Shown one piece after another: positions 27,208-36,812 of a stretch of DNA of 43,344 bases. The stretch's first letter is position 1. Every line of letters begins with the position of its first letter. Origin of the DNA: a bacterium (GTDB taxonomy: Bacteria > Sysuimicrobiota > Sysuimicrobiia > Sysuimicrobiales > Segetimicrobiaceae). The notes below the pieces were generated by a model that saw nothing but the letters and a program-made list of their open reading frames with translations, made no database searches and was not told the DNA's origin. The stretch covers positions 1-43,344 of the forward strand of contig DATHLI010000251.1 in NCBI GenBank assembly GCA_035488355.1, given 5' to 3'. Made by a program: the position numbers and the translations under genes.

Positions 27208-28575
27208 CTACTTCCAGCCTTTGTACTTCGCGAGCAACCCCTGGATTCGCTGAGCGCCCGCTTTCATCTGCTCGGCGACGTTCGCGCCGGCCATGATGTT
27301 GAGGGTCACTTCGGCAAACACTTGCTGATACTCGGTATAGCCCGGTGTCTGGATCCGAGGGGCGCCGATCTTGTTCATCGCCTCGATCCAGATGGTCTGC
27401 TTTCCCCCGGGCCGATACTCCGGCAGGGTGTTCAGGAGGCTGATGTTCGCGGGGAGCTGGCGCACATGCTTGTACCAAATGCGCGCACCCGCATCGCTGC
27501 TGGCGTACTTCACGAAGGCCAGACTCTCATTGAAATGTTTGGTATTGGGGGAAATGCCGTAGGCCCAACTGCCGGTGTGGCACAATTGCGTCTTAAAGTA
27601 CGGGATCCCCGTCACGCCCCAAGGGAACTTGCCTTCCCCGTAAAGGCGGTTGAGCTCGCCAATGCGGTTGTCGGGCGTGACCATGAACGCGGCCTTCTTT
27701 GTCTCGAAGATCTGCGGAATCGCTTCAATCGGAGTCACCTTATACTTCCGGTGGAGATCTTGGTAAAATTGCATGGCCTCGACAGCCTCGGGCGTGTCGA
27801 AATACCCCACGAAGGTGACGCCGTCAGGACCCATCCCCTCGTAGGTCGCGCTGCCTTTCGCGCCGTTGGAACGCCGGAAAATCCCGTGCTCGTAGTCCCC
27901 CACCCAGGTGCCCTGCCCCCACCGAAGCCCCCACACAGAGGGGATGCTGCTGCCGGAGGGATGGGCGGTGGTCTTCTGCCACGCGGTCAACGCCTCGGCC
28001 ATTGTCCAGCTCTTGTCCAGCGTCGCGGGGGGCTTGATGCCCGCGGCATCCGTCATCTCCCTGTTGTAGACCATCAACGAGCACGATTGCATCATCGGCG
28101 GACCGTACAGCTGGCCGCGGAAGCTCCCTTCCTCGACGGATTGCGGAAGCCATTGCTTCATCTCCGCATCCGTGAAGTACTTGCCCAGTGGCAAGAGGCT
28201 GCGGTAGAACGCGTAGTGCTTCATATCAGGACCATCGGACTGCACGATGTCCATCGCGGCGCCCGCGGCGACCGCGCTCTCAATCTTCGGGAACAGGTCC
28301 TGGAAGGGGACGGTCTCAAAGGCAATGTCGACGGACGACCACTTGCCGCCATCGATCTTGCGGAACTCCTGCAGGATTTCTTTCCAGGCTTGAATCTGCG
28401 CATCGTCGGTAATGGCGAGCAACTTCAGCACGACCGGTGGCTTTGTGGCTTGCGCTCTGAGGGGCACCGTCGGCGAGGGGGACCCGGCGACCGGTGCGAG
28501 GTCTCCGGTGGCCACGGACTCCAGCACCGCAAGGACGAGCAAAACGGTGACGCTGGCCCATATTCGAATCCACAT
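27208..28575 (-). CDS. Family-1 extracellular solute-binding protein (sugar)
   Basis: 455 aa. AGGAGG Shine-Dalgarno, signal-like N-terminus. First gene of a long minus-strand gene chain. Confidence 0.85.
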   Translation of the reverse strand: MWIRIWASVTVLLVLAVLESVATGDLAPVAGSPSPTVPLRAQATKPPVVLKLLAITDDAQIQAWKEILQEFRKIDGGKWSSVDIAFETVPFQDLFPKIESAVAAGAAMDIVQSDGPDMKHYAFYRSLLPLGKYFTDAEMKQWLPQSVEEGSFRGQLYGPPMMQSCSLMVYNREMTDAAGIKPPATLDKSWTMAEALTAWQKTTAHPSGSSIPSVWGLRWGQGTWVGDYEHGIFRRSNGAKGSATYEGMGPDGVTFVGYFDTPEAVEAMQFYQDLHRKYKVTPIEAIPQIFETKKAAFMVTPDNRIGELNRLYGEGKFPWGVTGIPYFKTQLCHTGSWAYGISPNTKHFNESLAFVKYASSDAGARIWYKHVRQLPANISLLNTLPEYRPGGKQTIWIEAMNKIGAPRIQTPGYTEYQQVFAEVTLNIMAGANVAEQMKAGAQRIQGLLAKYKGWK

Positions 28576-28869
28576 CTTCCTTCCTCCTCTCGCGCCTTAA
28601 GTCTCGTTCATCCCATATGTGACTTCCGGGATTCCCTGCCACGAGATCGTGCACCTTCTGTCGGGGCGAGGATGCGCCGCTTCGCGGAGGACTCCGGGCT
28701 CCTGGGCACGCTTCGCCGGAGACGATGGGCCAGGACTTGCATAGCGCTCGACGAAGCTCATGCGATGGAGATCCATCCCGCACAAGAACCCGCACCCGAT
28801 TGGGATCTCTCGCAGGCGGGCCGGGCCGCGGTCCGGAACCAGGTGCGGGGGAGGGGGCCGGGAGGACGG

Positions 28870-29286
28870 ATGATGAACAAAATTGATCCGAATGTCGTGC
28901 CGACTCAAACGTTCGAGTGGGGAGCCATCAAATGGCTCGTGAGTGCCAGGAACATCGCCGGAGCGGGGCTCACGTTTGGGGAGGTCGTGCTCCTGCCGGG
29001 GAAGGGCCATGCCCGGCACAATCATCCCACGTCTGAAGAAGTTCTGTACGTCCTGTCGGGCCACGCCGTCCAGATGCTCAATGACGAAAAGCCGTTTTCG
29101 GTTGGGCCCGGCGATACCATCTATGTCCCGCGAGGCGTGTTTCATTCAACCGTGAACGTGGGGTGGGAGCCGATGCGACTGATCGCCCTCTATAATCCTC
29201 AGGGGGCAGAGAAGGCGCTGGAGGGGTTGCCCGACTTCGCCGAGGTTCCAGCCGGGAGGGCGCCCTCCTGGTCCCGAGCCCTGTAG
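28870..29286 (+). CDS. Cupin-domain protein
   Basis: 138 aa from the ATG at 28870 after GGAGGA. Both cupin motifs are present: HARHNHPTSEEVLYVLSG and GDTIYVPRGVFHS. The tracked ORF start at 27322 lies antisense to the binding-protein gene and is rejected. Confidence 0.82.
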   Translation: MMNKIDPNVVPTQTFEWGAIKWLVSARNIAGAGLTFGEVVLLPGKGHARHNHPTSEEVLYVLSGHAVQMLNDEKPFSVGPGDTIYVPRGVFHSTVNVGWEPMRLIALYNPQGAEKALEGLPDFAEVPAGRAPSWSRAL

Positions 29287-29317
29287 GGAGCATCCTGGAG
29301 CCTCCCGGGAGGGGCGG

Positions 29318-30568
29318 ATGGCAACCATCGTGCTCATCGGAACACTCGACACGAAGGGAATCGAGTACGAGTACATGCGCCGGTGCCTCCGCGCAGAGGG
29401 GTGCGAAGTGATCCTGGTCGACGCGGGGGTGATGGGAACGCCGCTGGCTGTGCCCGACATCCCCCGGGAAGACGTGGCGAACGCCGCCAGCGAAACCATC
29501 GCCAACCTCGCGACCCGGGGTGACCGTGGGTTGGCCGTGGAGACGATGGCGGCCGGGGCGGCGAAGATCGCGATCGACCTGTTCCAGCGGGGCAGGCTGC
29601 ACGGCGTCCTTGGGCTCGGCGGGTCCGGCGGGTCCACGGTGGTGACCCGGGCGATGCGTGAGCTCCCGGTCGGCGTCCCCAAGTTCATGGTCTCGACCCT
29701 GGCCTCCGGCGACACCCGGCCATACGTCGGAGCCAGCGACATCGCGATGATGTACTCTGTGGTCGATATCGCAGGAATAAACAGGATTTCAGAGCGGATC
29801 TTGACGAACGCCGCAGCGGGGATCGCCGGCATGGCTCGCGCGTATGAGGTGTTTCAGCCTGCTCCCGGGGCCAAGGCATTGATTGGCGCGACGATGTTCG
29901 GAGTGACCACCCCGTGTGTCACCGCAGCTCGGCACCGCCTGGAAGGAAAGGGCTACGAGCCCCTCGTGTTCCATGCCACCGGCACCGGTGGACAGTCGAT
30001 GGAAGCGCTCGTCAGGGGCGGCTATCTCGCCGGCGTGCTCGACATCACCACCACCGAACTTGCTGATGAGCTCGTGGGGGGCGTGCTCTCCGCGGGCCCG
30101 GAACGGCTCGAGGCGGCAGGCGCCCGCGGGATCCCGCAGGTCGTTTCACTCGGAGCACTCGACATGGTCAACTTCGGCCCGGCGGATACCGTGCCCGAGA
30201 GATTCCTGGGCCGCCTCCTCTACAAACACAACCCGAGTGTAACGCTGATGCGGACGACGGCGGCCGAGTGTGCCGAGTTGGGCCGCACCATCGCACGGAA
30301 GTTGAACGCGGCCAGGGGGCCGGTGGCGGTGTTCATCCCGCTGCGGGGCGTGTCGGCGATTTCGACGAGGGGCGGCCCCTTTTATGATCCGGACGCCGAC
30401 CGGGCGCTCATCGGCGGCCTCAAGGCCAACCTGCGCGCCGGCATCGAGGTGCGCGAGTGGGAGACCGACATCAACGATCCTGACTTTGCCCACGCGATGG
30501 CCGACCGCCTCGATGAGCTCATCCGGGAGGCGAAGACGCACGCGGCACCGGGAGGGGCATCGCGATGA
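29318..30568 (+). CDS. UPF0261 / Tm-1-like ATP-binding protein
   Basis: 416 aa. N-terminus [11 protein letters not shown] and overall resemblance to the UPF0261 family (N-terminal module of plant Tm-1). Confidence 0.8.
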   Translation: MATIVLIGTLDTKGIEYEYMRRCLRAEGCEVILVDAGVMGTPLAVPDIPREDVANAASETIANLATRGDRGLAVETMAAGAAKIAIDLFQRGRLHGVLGLGGSGGSTVVTRAMRELPVGVPKFMVSTLASGDTRPYVGASDIAMMYSVVDIAGINRISERILTNAAAGIAGMARAYEVFQPAPGAKALIGATMFGVTTPCVTAARHRLEGKGYEPLVFHATGTGGQSMEALVRGGYLAGVLDITTTELADELVGGVLSAGPERLEAAGARGIPQVVSLGALDMVNFGPADTVPERFLGRLLYKHNPSVTLMRTTAAECAELGRTIARKLNAARGPVAVFIPLRGVSAISTRGGPFYDPDADRALIGGLKANLRAGIEVREWETDINDPDFAHAMADRLDELIREAKTHAAPGGASR

Positions 30569-31389
30569 CACGGGCCGACACGCTGGAGCGCTTCCGCTCC
30601 ACGGTCGCGACCGGCGGCGCGCTGATCGGCGCAGGCGCCGGGACGGGACTCTCAGCGAAGTGCGCGGAGGCGGGAGGCGCCGATCTCATCATCATCTACA
30701 ATTCCGGCCGGTATCGGATGGCCGGGCGCGGCTCGCTCGCGGGTCTGATGCCCTACGGAGATGCGAATGCGATTGTCGTCGAGATGGCCGCGGAGGTCCT
30801 CCCGGTTGCCAGGAAGACACCCGTGCTCGCCGGGGTGTGCGGCACAGATCCGTTCCGCCTCATGCCCATCTTCCTGCGCCGGTTGAAAGACATCGGCTTT
30901 GCCGGAGTGCAGAACTTCCCCACGGTGGGCATCATCGATGGAATCTTCCGCCAGAACCTGGAGGAGACCGGGATGGGATTTGCCCTCGAGGTGGAGATGA
31001 TCCGTCTCGCGCACGATCTCGATATGTTGACGGCGCCGTACGTCTTCGATCCAGATCAGGCGCGGACCATGGCCGGGGCGGGCGCAGATATCCTCGTGCC
31101 GCACGTGGGGCTCACGACGAAGGGCACGATCGGGGCGAAGACCGCGGTGAGCCTTGATGAGGCCGCCAAACGCGTCCAGGCGATGTGCGATGCGGCGAAA
31201 GCTGTCAGCCCTCAGATCATCGTGCTCTGCCACGGCGGTCCAATTGCCGAGCCGGAGGACGTCCAGTACCTACTCGAACGCACCCGCGGGGTCGCCGGCT
31301 TCTTCGGAGCGTCGAGCGTGGAGAGACTGCCCACCGAGCGGGCCATGATCGATACCATGCGGCGGTTCAAGAGGTTGACCCGCTCTTGA
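30565..31389 (+). CDS. Phosphoenolpyruvate hydrolase-like TIM-barrel protein (partner of UPF0261)
   Basis: 274 aa. ATGA overlap at 30565-30568. [20 protein letters not shown] is typical of this family. Confidence 0.8.
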   Translation: MTRADTLERFRSTVATGGALIGAGAGTGLSAKCAEAGGADLIIIYNSGRYRMAGRGSLAGLMPYGDANAIVVEMAAEVLPVARKTPVLAGVCGTDPFRLMPIFLRRLKDIGFAGVQNFPTVGIIDGIFRQNLEETGMGFALEVEMIRLAHDLDMLTAPYVFDPDQARTMAGAGADILVPHVGLTTKGTIGAKTAVSLDEAAKRVQAMCDAAKAVSPQIIVLCHGGPIAEPEDVQYLLERTRGVAGFFGASSVERLPTERAMIDTMRRFKRLTRS

Positions 31390-31415
31390 CGCGCAGATTG
31401 CCGGCATGGCATGTC

Positions 31416-31509
31416 CATTTCTCGTGACCATGCGATGAAACCGAACACGCTCGACCTGGTGGGCGAGGCAGGGGTCGAACCCGCGACCTCCTCGGTGTAA
31501 GCGAGGCGC
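31416..31509 (-). repeat. Direct repeat R1, right copy (within and 3' of the intact tRNA-Val)
   Basis: Same 94 nt as 13685-13778 in the same orientation with one mismatch. Confidence 0.9.
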
Positions 31510-31531
31510 TCTACCGCTGAGCTACTCGCCC
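31457..31531 (-). tRNA. tRNA-Val (anticodon TAC), CCA encoded
   Basis: Hand-folded 75-nt cloverleaf. Acceptor GGGCGAG/CTCGCCC, D arm GCTC-AGCGGTA-GAGC, anticodon arm CCTCG-CTTACAC-CGAGG, variable AGGTC, T arm GCGGG-TTCGACC-CCTGC (one G-U pair), then A-CCA. Confidence 0.9.
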
Positions 31532-31566
31532 CCGCATCAGTATACCAAAGCCGCCCAGACGAGCGA

Positions 31567-32940
31567 TCACACATCGATCGTCTGGCCGCGCGTGGGGACG
31601 TCGGCCGCGTACCCGGCCGCGGCGAGCCGCTGCGCCAGCGCAAGGGACTGGCCCTCTTCCCCGTGCACGCAATAGACGTGTCCCACCCGCGGAATGGCTC
31701 GAATCCACGCCAGAAGCTCGGACCCATCGGCGTGGCCGCTGAGCGCCGGCAGCACTTTGACCTCGAGCCGCACGTCGTACGACTCGCCGAGGATGCGGAC
31801 GGGCGACACGCCGTCTTCCAGGCGCCTGCCCAGGGTATTGGCGGCCTGGAACGAGACGAGGAGCAGCGTGGCGCGGGGGTCCCCGATGTGGCGGCTCAGA
31901 TGGTAGAGAATCCTCCCCGACTCGCACATGCCGGATGTCGCGATCACGATGAAAGGATCCGTCCGGCTGTTGAGGGCCTTCGACTCCTCGATGTCTCGAA
32001 TGTAGTGAATGGCCTTCGACCCGAACGGGTCTTCGCGGCGCTCGAGTTCGGCCCGGATCGCGTCGTTGAGGCCCTCCGGGTGGCGGCGGTAGATTTCGGT
32101 CGCGTTGACGGCCATCGGGCTGTCGACGAATGTGGGCACCGCCGCAACCTGCCCCGCCTCCCCCAAGCGGTACAGCGCGTTGGCGATATCCTGCGTCCGA
32201 TCGACCGCGAACGCGGGGATCATCAGCGCGCCGCCGCGCGCAACGGTCTGCCGCACGGCGTCGATGAGCTGTGGCACGGCCGCGTCGTACGCATCGTGGT
32301 TCCGGTCCCCGTATGTGGACTCCGTGATCAACACATCCAGGGCGGGTGGGATCTCGGGAGGGCGGAGGAGCGGAGTCTGCGGGCGGCCGAGATCGCCCGT
32401 GAATCCCAGCACCCGTCCGTCCGCCTCGACAACCGTGATGGCCGAGCCGAGGATGTGACCGGCGTTCTCGAAGGTGATTCGGACGGCGCCCACCTGCACG
32501 GGGGCGCCGTACGCCACCCCCGTGAACCGGCCGACCGTCCGGTCGACATCGGGGGTGGTGTAGAGCGGAGCGACCGGCGGCAGGCCCTGCCGGCCCCGGA
32601 TCTTGTTGACGCTGCGCGCGTCCTGGTGCTGGATCTTGGCGCTGTCGTGCAGCACGAGCGCGGCCAGATCCTGGGTGGCGGGGGTGCAGTAGATCGGCCC
32701 CCGAAATCCGGCGCTGACGAGCGTGGGCAGGTTCCCGCAGTGGTCGAGGTGGGCATGCGAGAGCACAACGGCATCGATGGTCGGTGGTGGGAACGGAAAG
32801 TGGCTGTTGATGTCGGCGGCCTGCGCCCGGGAGCCCTGAAACAGGCCGCAGTCGAGCAACAACCGCGCGCCACCGGCCTCGATAAGGTGCATCGAGCCCG
32901 TGACCGTCCGGGCCGCCCCGAAGAACGTGCAGCGAAACAC
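31567..32940 (-). CDS. MBL-fold metallo-hydrolase with beta-CASP/RNA-metabolising architecture
   Basis: 457 aa. HxHxDH motif VVLSHAHLDHCG. The length and C-terminal part are consistent with the beta-CASP family. Confidence 0.82.
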   Translation of the reverse strand: MFRCTFFGAARTVTGSMHLIEAGGARLLLDCGLFQGSRAQAADINSHFPFPPPTIDAVVLSHAHLDHCGNLPTLVSAGFRGPIYCTPATQDLAALVLHDSAKIQHQDARSVNKIRGRQGLPPVAPLYTTPDVDRTVGRFTGVAYGAPVQVGAVRITFENAGHILGSAITVVEADGRVLGFTGDLGRPQTPLLRPPEIPPALDVLITESTYGDRNHDAYDAAVPQLIDAVRQTVARGGALMIPAFAVDRTQDIANALYRLGEAGQVAAVPTFVDSPMAVNATEIYRRHPEGLNDAIRAELERREDPFGSKAIHYIRDIEESKALNSRTDPFIVIATSGMCESGRILYHLSRHIGDPRATLLLVSFQAANTLGRRLEDGVSPVRILGESYDVRLEVKVLPALSGHADGSELLAWIRAIPRVGHVYCVHGEEGQSLALAQRLAAAGYAADVPTRGQTIDV

Positions 32941-32982
32941 GGCGTCAGACGTTGCGTGGGGCCCTGCGGGCCGCCCGGCGGG

Positions 32983-34239
32983 TCAGGCGGGGATGCGCTG
33001 GATCCGAGCCCCGAGCGAACGGAGTTTCTGCTCGAGGCCTTCGTACCCCCGGTCGATGTGCTCGAGGCCCGTGATCTCGGTCGAGCCCCTGGCCTCCAGC
33101 GCCGCGACCACCATGGCCGCGCCGGCCCGGAGGTCCATGGCCTCCACGGGAGCGCCGGAGAGGGTCGGGACGCCGGTCATCGTGACGGTGTCGCCCTCGA
33201 CCCGGATGTCGGCGCCCATGCGGCGCAGCTCGTCCGCGTAGCCGAACCGCTTCTCGAAGATGGTCTCCCGGATCGCGCTGCGCCCCGCGGCCATCGTGAG
33301 CAGCGCCGCGAGCTGTGGGTGCAGGTCGGTCGCGAACCCCGGATACGGCGCCGTGTCCACCTCGACGGCCCGCAGCCCGGTCTCCGCCCTGACCCGGATC
33401 CCGGTGGGGTCGGCGTCCACGGTCGCCCCCGCTTCGGTCAGCTTGGTGAGGAGCGCCGTGATGTGCTCGCTGATCATGTCCACGATCACCACATCCCCGT
33501 GCGTCGCCGCGCCGGCGATCAGGTAGGTCCCCGCTTCGATCCGGTCGGGGATGATCGTGTAGGTGGCGCCGTGCAGATCTCTGCTGCCCTCAATCATGAT
33601 CGTGCTGGTGCCCGCTCCCCTGATGCGGACGCCCAGCAGCGAGAGCAGCACGGCGGTGTCGACGATCTCCGGCTCCCGCGCGGCGTTTTGGAGCACCGTG
33701 ACGCCGGGGATGCGAGAGGACGCCAGCATCATGTTGATGGTCGTCCCCACGCTGCTCCGCGGGACGTAGAAGGTCGCCGGGGTCAGCCGCGGCGCGTACG
33801 CCTTCAGGAAGCCGTGTTGGGTGACCACCTGCGCGCCGAGGGTCTCGAAGCCGCGAATGTGGAAGTCGACCGGCCGGCTGCCGATCACGCACCCGCCCGG
33901 GAGCGGGACTTCGGCGCGCCCCAGGCGTCCCAGCAGCATCCCGGCCACGTAGATGGACGCGCGCATCTGCCGGCAGAGTTCGTAGGGCGCCACGTGATCG
34001 GTCATGCTGCGGGCGTCCAGTTCCAGCCGGCCCGGGCCGGTGAACTCCGCCGCCACGCCGAGGGCGCGGAGGATGTCGAGCAAGGTCAGGACATCGCGGC
34101 AGCGCGGAACGTTTTCCAGCACCGAGTGATCCGGGGCGAGGGCGGCGGCCGCGATGATCGCCAGCGAACTGTTCTTCCCTCCGGCGACCCGCAGGCGGCC
34201 CCGGAGGGGCCGGCCCCCCTCGATGAGGAATTTCTCCAT
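32983..34239 (-). CDS. murA: UDP-N-acetylglucosamine 1-carboxyvinyltransferase
   Basis: 418 aa from the ATG at 34239 (MEKFLIEGG...). GGKNSSL and active-site region LPGGCVIGSRPVDFH. Confidence 0.92.
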   Translation of the reverse strand: MEKFLIEGGRPLRGRLRVAGGKNSSLAIIAAAALAPDHSVLENVPRCRDVLTLLDILRALGVAAEFTGPGRLELDARSMTDHVAPYELCRQMRASIYVAGMLLGRLGRAEVPLPGGCVIGSRPVDFHIRGFETLGAQVVTQHGFLKAYAPRLTPATFYVPRSSVGTTINMMLASSRIPGVTVLQNAAREPEIVDTAVLLSLLGVRIRGAGTSTIMIEGSRDLHGATYTIIPDRIEAGTYLIAGAATHGDVVIVDMISEHITALLTKLTEAGATVDADPTGIRVRAETGLRAVEVDTAPYPGFATDLHPQLAALLTMAAGRSAIRETIFEKRFGYADELRRMGADIRVEGDTVTMTGVPTLSGAPVEAMDLRAGAAMVVAALEARGSTEITGLEHIDRGYEGLEQKLRSLGARIQRIPA

Positions 34240-34261
34240 CTTGCGTTCGGTGGCGATCGCG

Positions 34262-34540
34262 TCAGCGCGGATCAACGGTTCCCCCAAGCGTTACGCGGAC
34301 GTAGCAGCGAACGAGCTCCTCGAGCAGCAGGTCGCGATCGATCTGCCGGATCAGCGTGCGGGCGTCCTTATGGCTGGTGATGTAGGTCGGATCCCCCGAC
34401 ACCAAATACCCGACAATCTGGTCCACCGGATTATACCCACGTTCGACCAAGGCGCCGTAGACGTAGCGGAGCGCCTCCTCGACGTCCCGAAGCTGGCGCC
34501 CTCCAACCTGGAACACCCCGGTCTTCTCGCGCTCTCCCAT
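34262..34540 (-). CDS. ireB: IreB-family regulatory phosphoprotein (UPF0297)
   Basis: 92 aa from the ATG at 34540. [27 protein letters not shown] is nearly the canonical UPF0297 core (compare B. subtilis YrzL, from memory). Confidence 0.88.
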   Translation of the reverse strand: MGEREKTGVFQVGGRQLRDVEEALRYVYGALVERGYNPVDQIVGYLVSGDPTYITSHKDARTLIRQIDRDLLLEELVRCYVRVTLGGTVDPR

Positions 34541-34563
34541 ACTGTACCCCCGTCGGCCGGATC

Positions 34564-35346
34564 CTAGCGGAGGGCGGACGGCCGAACGCCGGTGTGGACA
34601 GCCGCGACGCCGCCGAGCAGGTTGCGGTACCGCACCTGCGCGAACCCCGCCTGCGCCATCATCCCGGCAAATCCCTCCTGATCCGGCCACGCCCGGATCG
34701 ACGTTGGCAGGTACAGGTACGCATCCAGATGCCTGGACACGAGGCGCCCCACCCACGGCATCAGCGTGTACGAGTACCCGTCGTACAGCCCACGGACGAA
34801 GAGGTTGCGGGGCCTGCTGAACTCCAGCACCGCCAGCCGGCTCCCGGGACGAAGCACCCGCAGGATCTCCCGGAGCGCCGCATCCGGATGCACGGTGTTC
34901 CGCATCCCAAACCCCACGGTGGCCCCGTCAAAGGCGGCATCCGGCAGCCCCAAGGCCTCGGCGTTTCCCAGGGTGAACTTCACCCGCGCCTCCAGCCCCG
35001 CCGCAACGGTCTTCCGGCGGGCTACCGCGAGCATCTCCTCGCTGATATCTACCCCCAGCACCCGGCCCTCAGGACCGGCCCGGCGGGCCAGGAGCAGCGC
35101 GAGGTCCCCGGTCCCGCAACAGATGTCCACGGCCAGGCCGCCCGGAGGCACCTGAACGAGGGCTGCGGCAACGCGCTTCCACCCTTGGTGGAGACCGGCG
35201 CTGATCAGGAGGTTGATGAGGTCATAGCGGGGCGCGATGGCCCCGAACATCCGGCGGATGTACCGCGCCTTCTCGTCCTCCGAGACCTGGCCGCGGCCGA
35301 CGCGCTCGCCGGAGGGCGGCGGCGCGACGGTGTCCGGTGGGGTCAC
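34564..35346 (-). CDS. menG: Demethylmenaquinone/ubiquinone C-methyltransferase (UbiE/MenG family)
   Basis: 260 aa with GTG start. [16 protein letters not shown] plus SAM motif CCGTGDLA. Confidence 0.85.
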   Translation of the reverse strand: MTPPDTVAPPPSGERVGRGQVSEDEKARYIRRMFGAIAPRYDLINLLISAGLHQGWKRVAAALVQVPPGGLAVDICCGTGDLALLLARRAGPEGRVLGVDISEEMLAVARRKTVAAGLEARVKFTLGNAEALGLPDAAFDGATVGFGMRNTVHPDAALREILRVLRPGSRLAVLEFSRPRNLFVRGLYDGYSYTLMPWVGRLVSRHLDAYLYLPTSIRAWPDQEGFAGMMAQAGFAQVRYRNLLGGVAAVHTGVRPSALR

Positions 35347-35463
35347 AAGGTAGGGTTCGCGCGCGCGAAGAACCTTTCCTGTGGAGTGTGGCGCCCCGGC
35401 GCGCGGTCACGCAGGCTCGGCCCGCGGGAGGCTCCTGGTCTGAGGCGGAACAGGAGGTGCGCA

Positions 35464-36804
35464 ATGCGGATTTGCCGGCGCCACGGAGCGCTGGGACGAC
35501 CCGTGGTCCCACTCCTCGCTTCGATCGGCCTTGTCATGCTGGTGGCGGTCACCGTGCCCCCCGGCCACGTGGGCGCCCAGGCGCCGGTGGCGCTGACCTA
35601 CTACTATCCCGTGGGGGTCTCGGGGCCGCTCAACAAGCTCATGACCGACATGGTCAACGACTTCAACGGCGCGCACCCCGGGATCCGGGTCGAGCCCGTG
35701 TTTGCCGGCAACTACGTGCAGACGATGGCGAAGGCCATGACCGCCGTGCTCGGAGGGACTCCCCCCGACGTCGCCGTCCTGGACACACCTGAGCTCTTCT
35801 CGCTCCTCGACCGCGACGCCATCATCCCGCTGGACGATTTCATCGCCCAGAGCGGCGGAAAGGCGTGGCTCGACGACTTCTACCAGGCGCTGCTCCTCAA
35901 CGCGCAGGCCGGCGGGCACGTCTACAGCATCCCCTGGCAGCGCAGCACGCCGATCTTCTATTACAACAGGGACATGTTCAGCAAGGCGGGGTTGGACCCA
36001 AGCCGGGCGCCGAAGAGCTGGACGGAACTCGTGGAGTACGCGCAGAAGCTGACGATCCGCGACGCGGGCGGCACCGTCACGCAGTGGGGGGTCGAAGCGC
36101 CGGTCGCGGACACCTCCCCCTGGGTCTTCCAGGGGTTCCTGATCGAGGCGGGGGCGCCGTTCTTCGATCCCAACGGCAAGTGGGTAAAGTTCAACTCCCC
36201 CGAGGCCGTTCACGCCCTCCAGTTCATCCTGGATCTCCAGAACAAGTACCAGGTGCACCCGCCGGGGCCGACCGGCGCGGCCTTCTGGAGCCAGGTCCCC
36301 CAGGACTTCATTCAGGAGAAGGTGGCGATGATCTACTCGACCACCGGGAACATGACGTTCATCCGGACGAACGCGAAGTTTGACTGGAACGCCGGCTTCA
36401 TGCCCGCCGACAAGCAGTACGGCGCGCCGACCGGCGGCGGGAGCTTCTACGTCTTCAACAAGACCTCGGCGGCCAGGCAGGCGGCCGCCTGGACGTTCAT
36501 CCACTGGATGACCGAGCCCCAGCAGGCCGCCCGATGGAGCATCGGCACCGGGTACGTCCCGATCCGGAAGACCGAGCTCTCGGCGCCCGCCTTCAAGGAC
36601 TACCTGAAGCAGGTCCCCCAGGCGCTGACCGCGACCCTGCAGCTCCGGGTGGCCGGGGAGCAGATGACGATCCACGACGTCGACGAGATCGGCCTGCTGC
36701 TCGTCACCGCGATCCAGGCGGCGCAGACGGGCCGCCTGACCCCGCAGGCCGCGCTCGACCAGGCGCAGCGCAACGCGACGGCGATCCTCGCCAAGTACCA
36801 GTAG
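35464..36804 (+). CDS. Family-1 extracellular solute-binding protein (CUT1 sugar type)
   Basis: 446 aa from the ATG at 35464 after AGGAGG (35452-35457). Signal-like N-terminus. Paralog of 11787-13091. The tracked ORF start at 34594 is antisense to menG and is rejected. Confidence 0.88.
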   Translation: MRICRRHGALGRPVVPLLASIGLVMLVAVTVPPGHVGAQAPVALTYYYPVGVSGPLNKLMTDMVNDFNGAHPGIRVEPVFAGNYVQTMAKAMTAVLGGTPPDVAVLDTPELFSLLDRDAIIPLDDFIAQSGGKAWLDDFYQALLLNAQAGGHVYSIPWQRSTPIFYYNRDMFSKAGLDPSRAPKSWTELVEYAQKLTIRDAGGTVTQWGVEAPVADTSPWVFQGFLIEAGAPFFDPNGKWVKFNSPEAVHALQFILDLQNKYQVHPPGPTGAAFWSQVPQDFIQEKVAMIYSTTGNMTFIRTNAKFDWNAGFMPADKQYGAPTGGGSFYVFNKTSAARQAAAWTFIHWMTEPQQAARWSIGTGYVPIRKTELSAPAFKDYLKQVPQALTATLQLRVAGEQMTIHDVDEIGLLLVTAIQAAQTGRLTPQAALDQAQRNATAILAKYQ

Positions 36805-36812
36805 GCCCGGGC

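Noticed and set aside
27322-28869. Long N-terminal extension of the cupin ORF (654-aa tracked ORF)
   Set aside because: It is antisense to the binding-protein gene. The cupin fold needs only the last 138 codons, which have their own GGAGGA-ATG start at 28870.
31663-34380. 905-aa plus-strand ORF across the MBL hydrolase and murA region
   Set aside because: It is antisense to two confidently identified minus-strand genes, and its Arg/Gly/Asp-rich composition shows no domain signature.
34594-35463. 290-codon N-terminal extension of the second binding-protein ORF
   Set aside because: It is antisense to menG/ubiE. The signal peptide and AGGAGG-ATG start at 35464 define the real gene.
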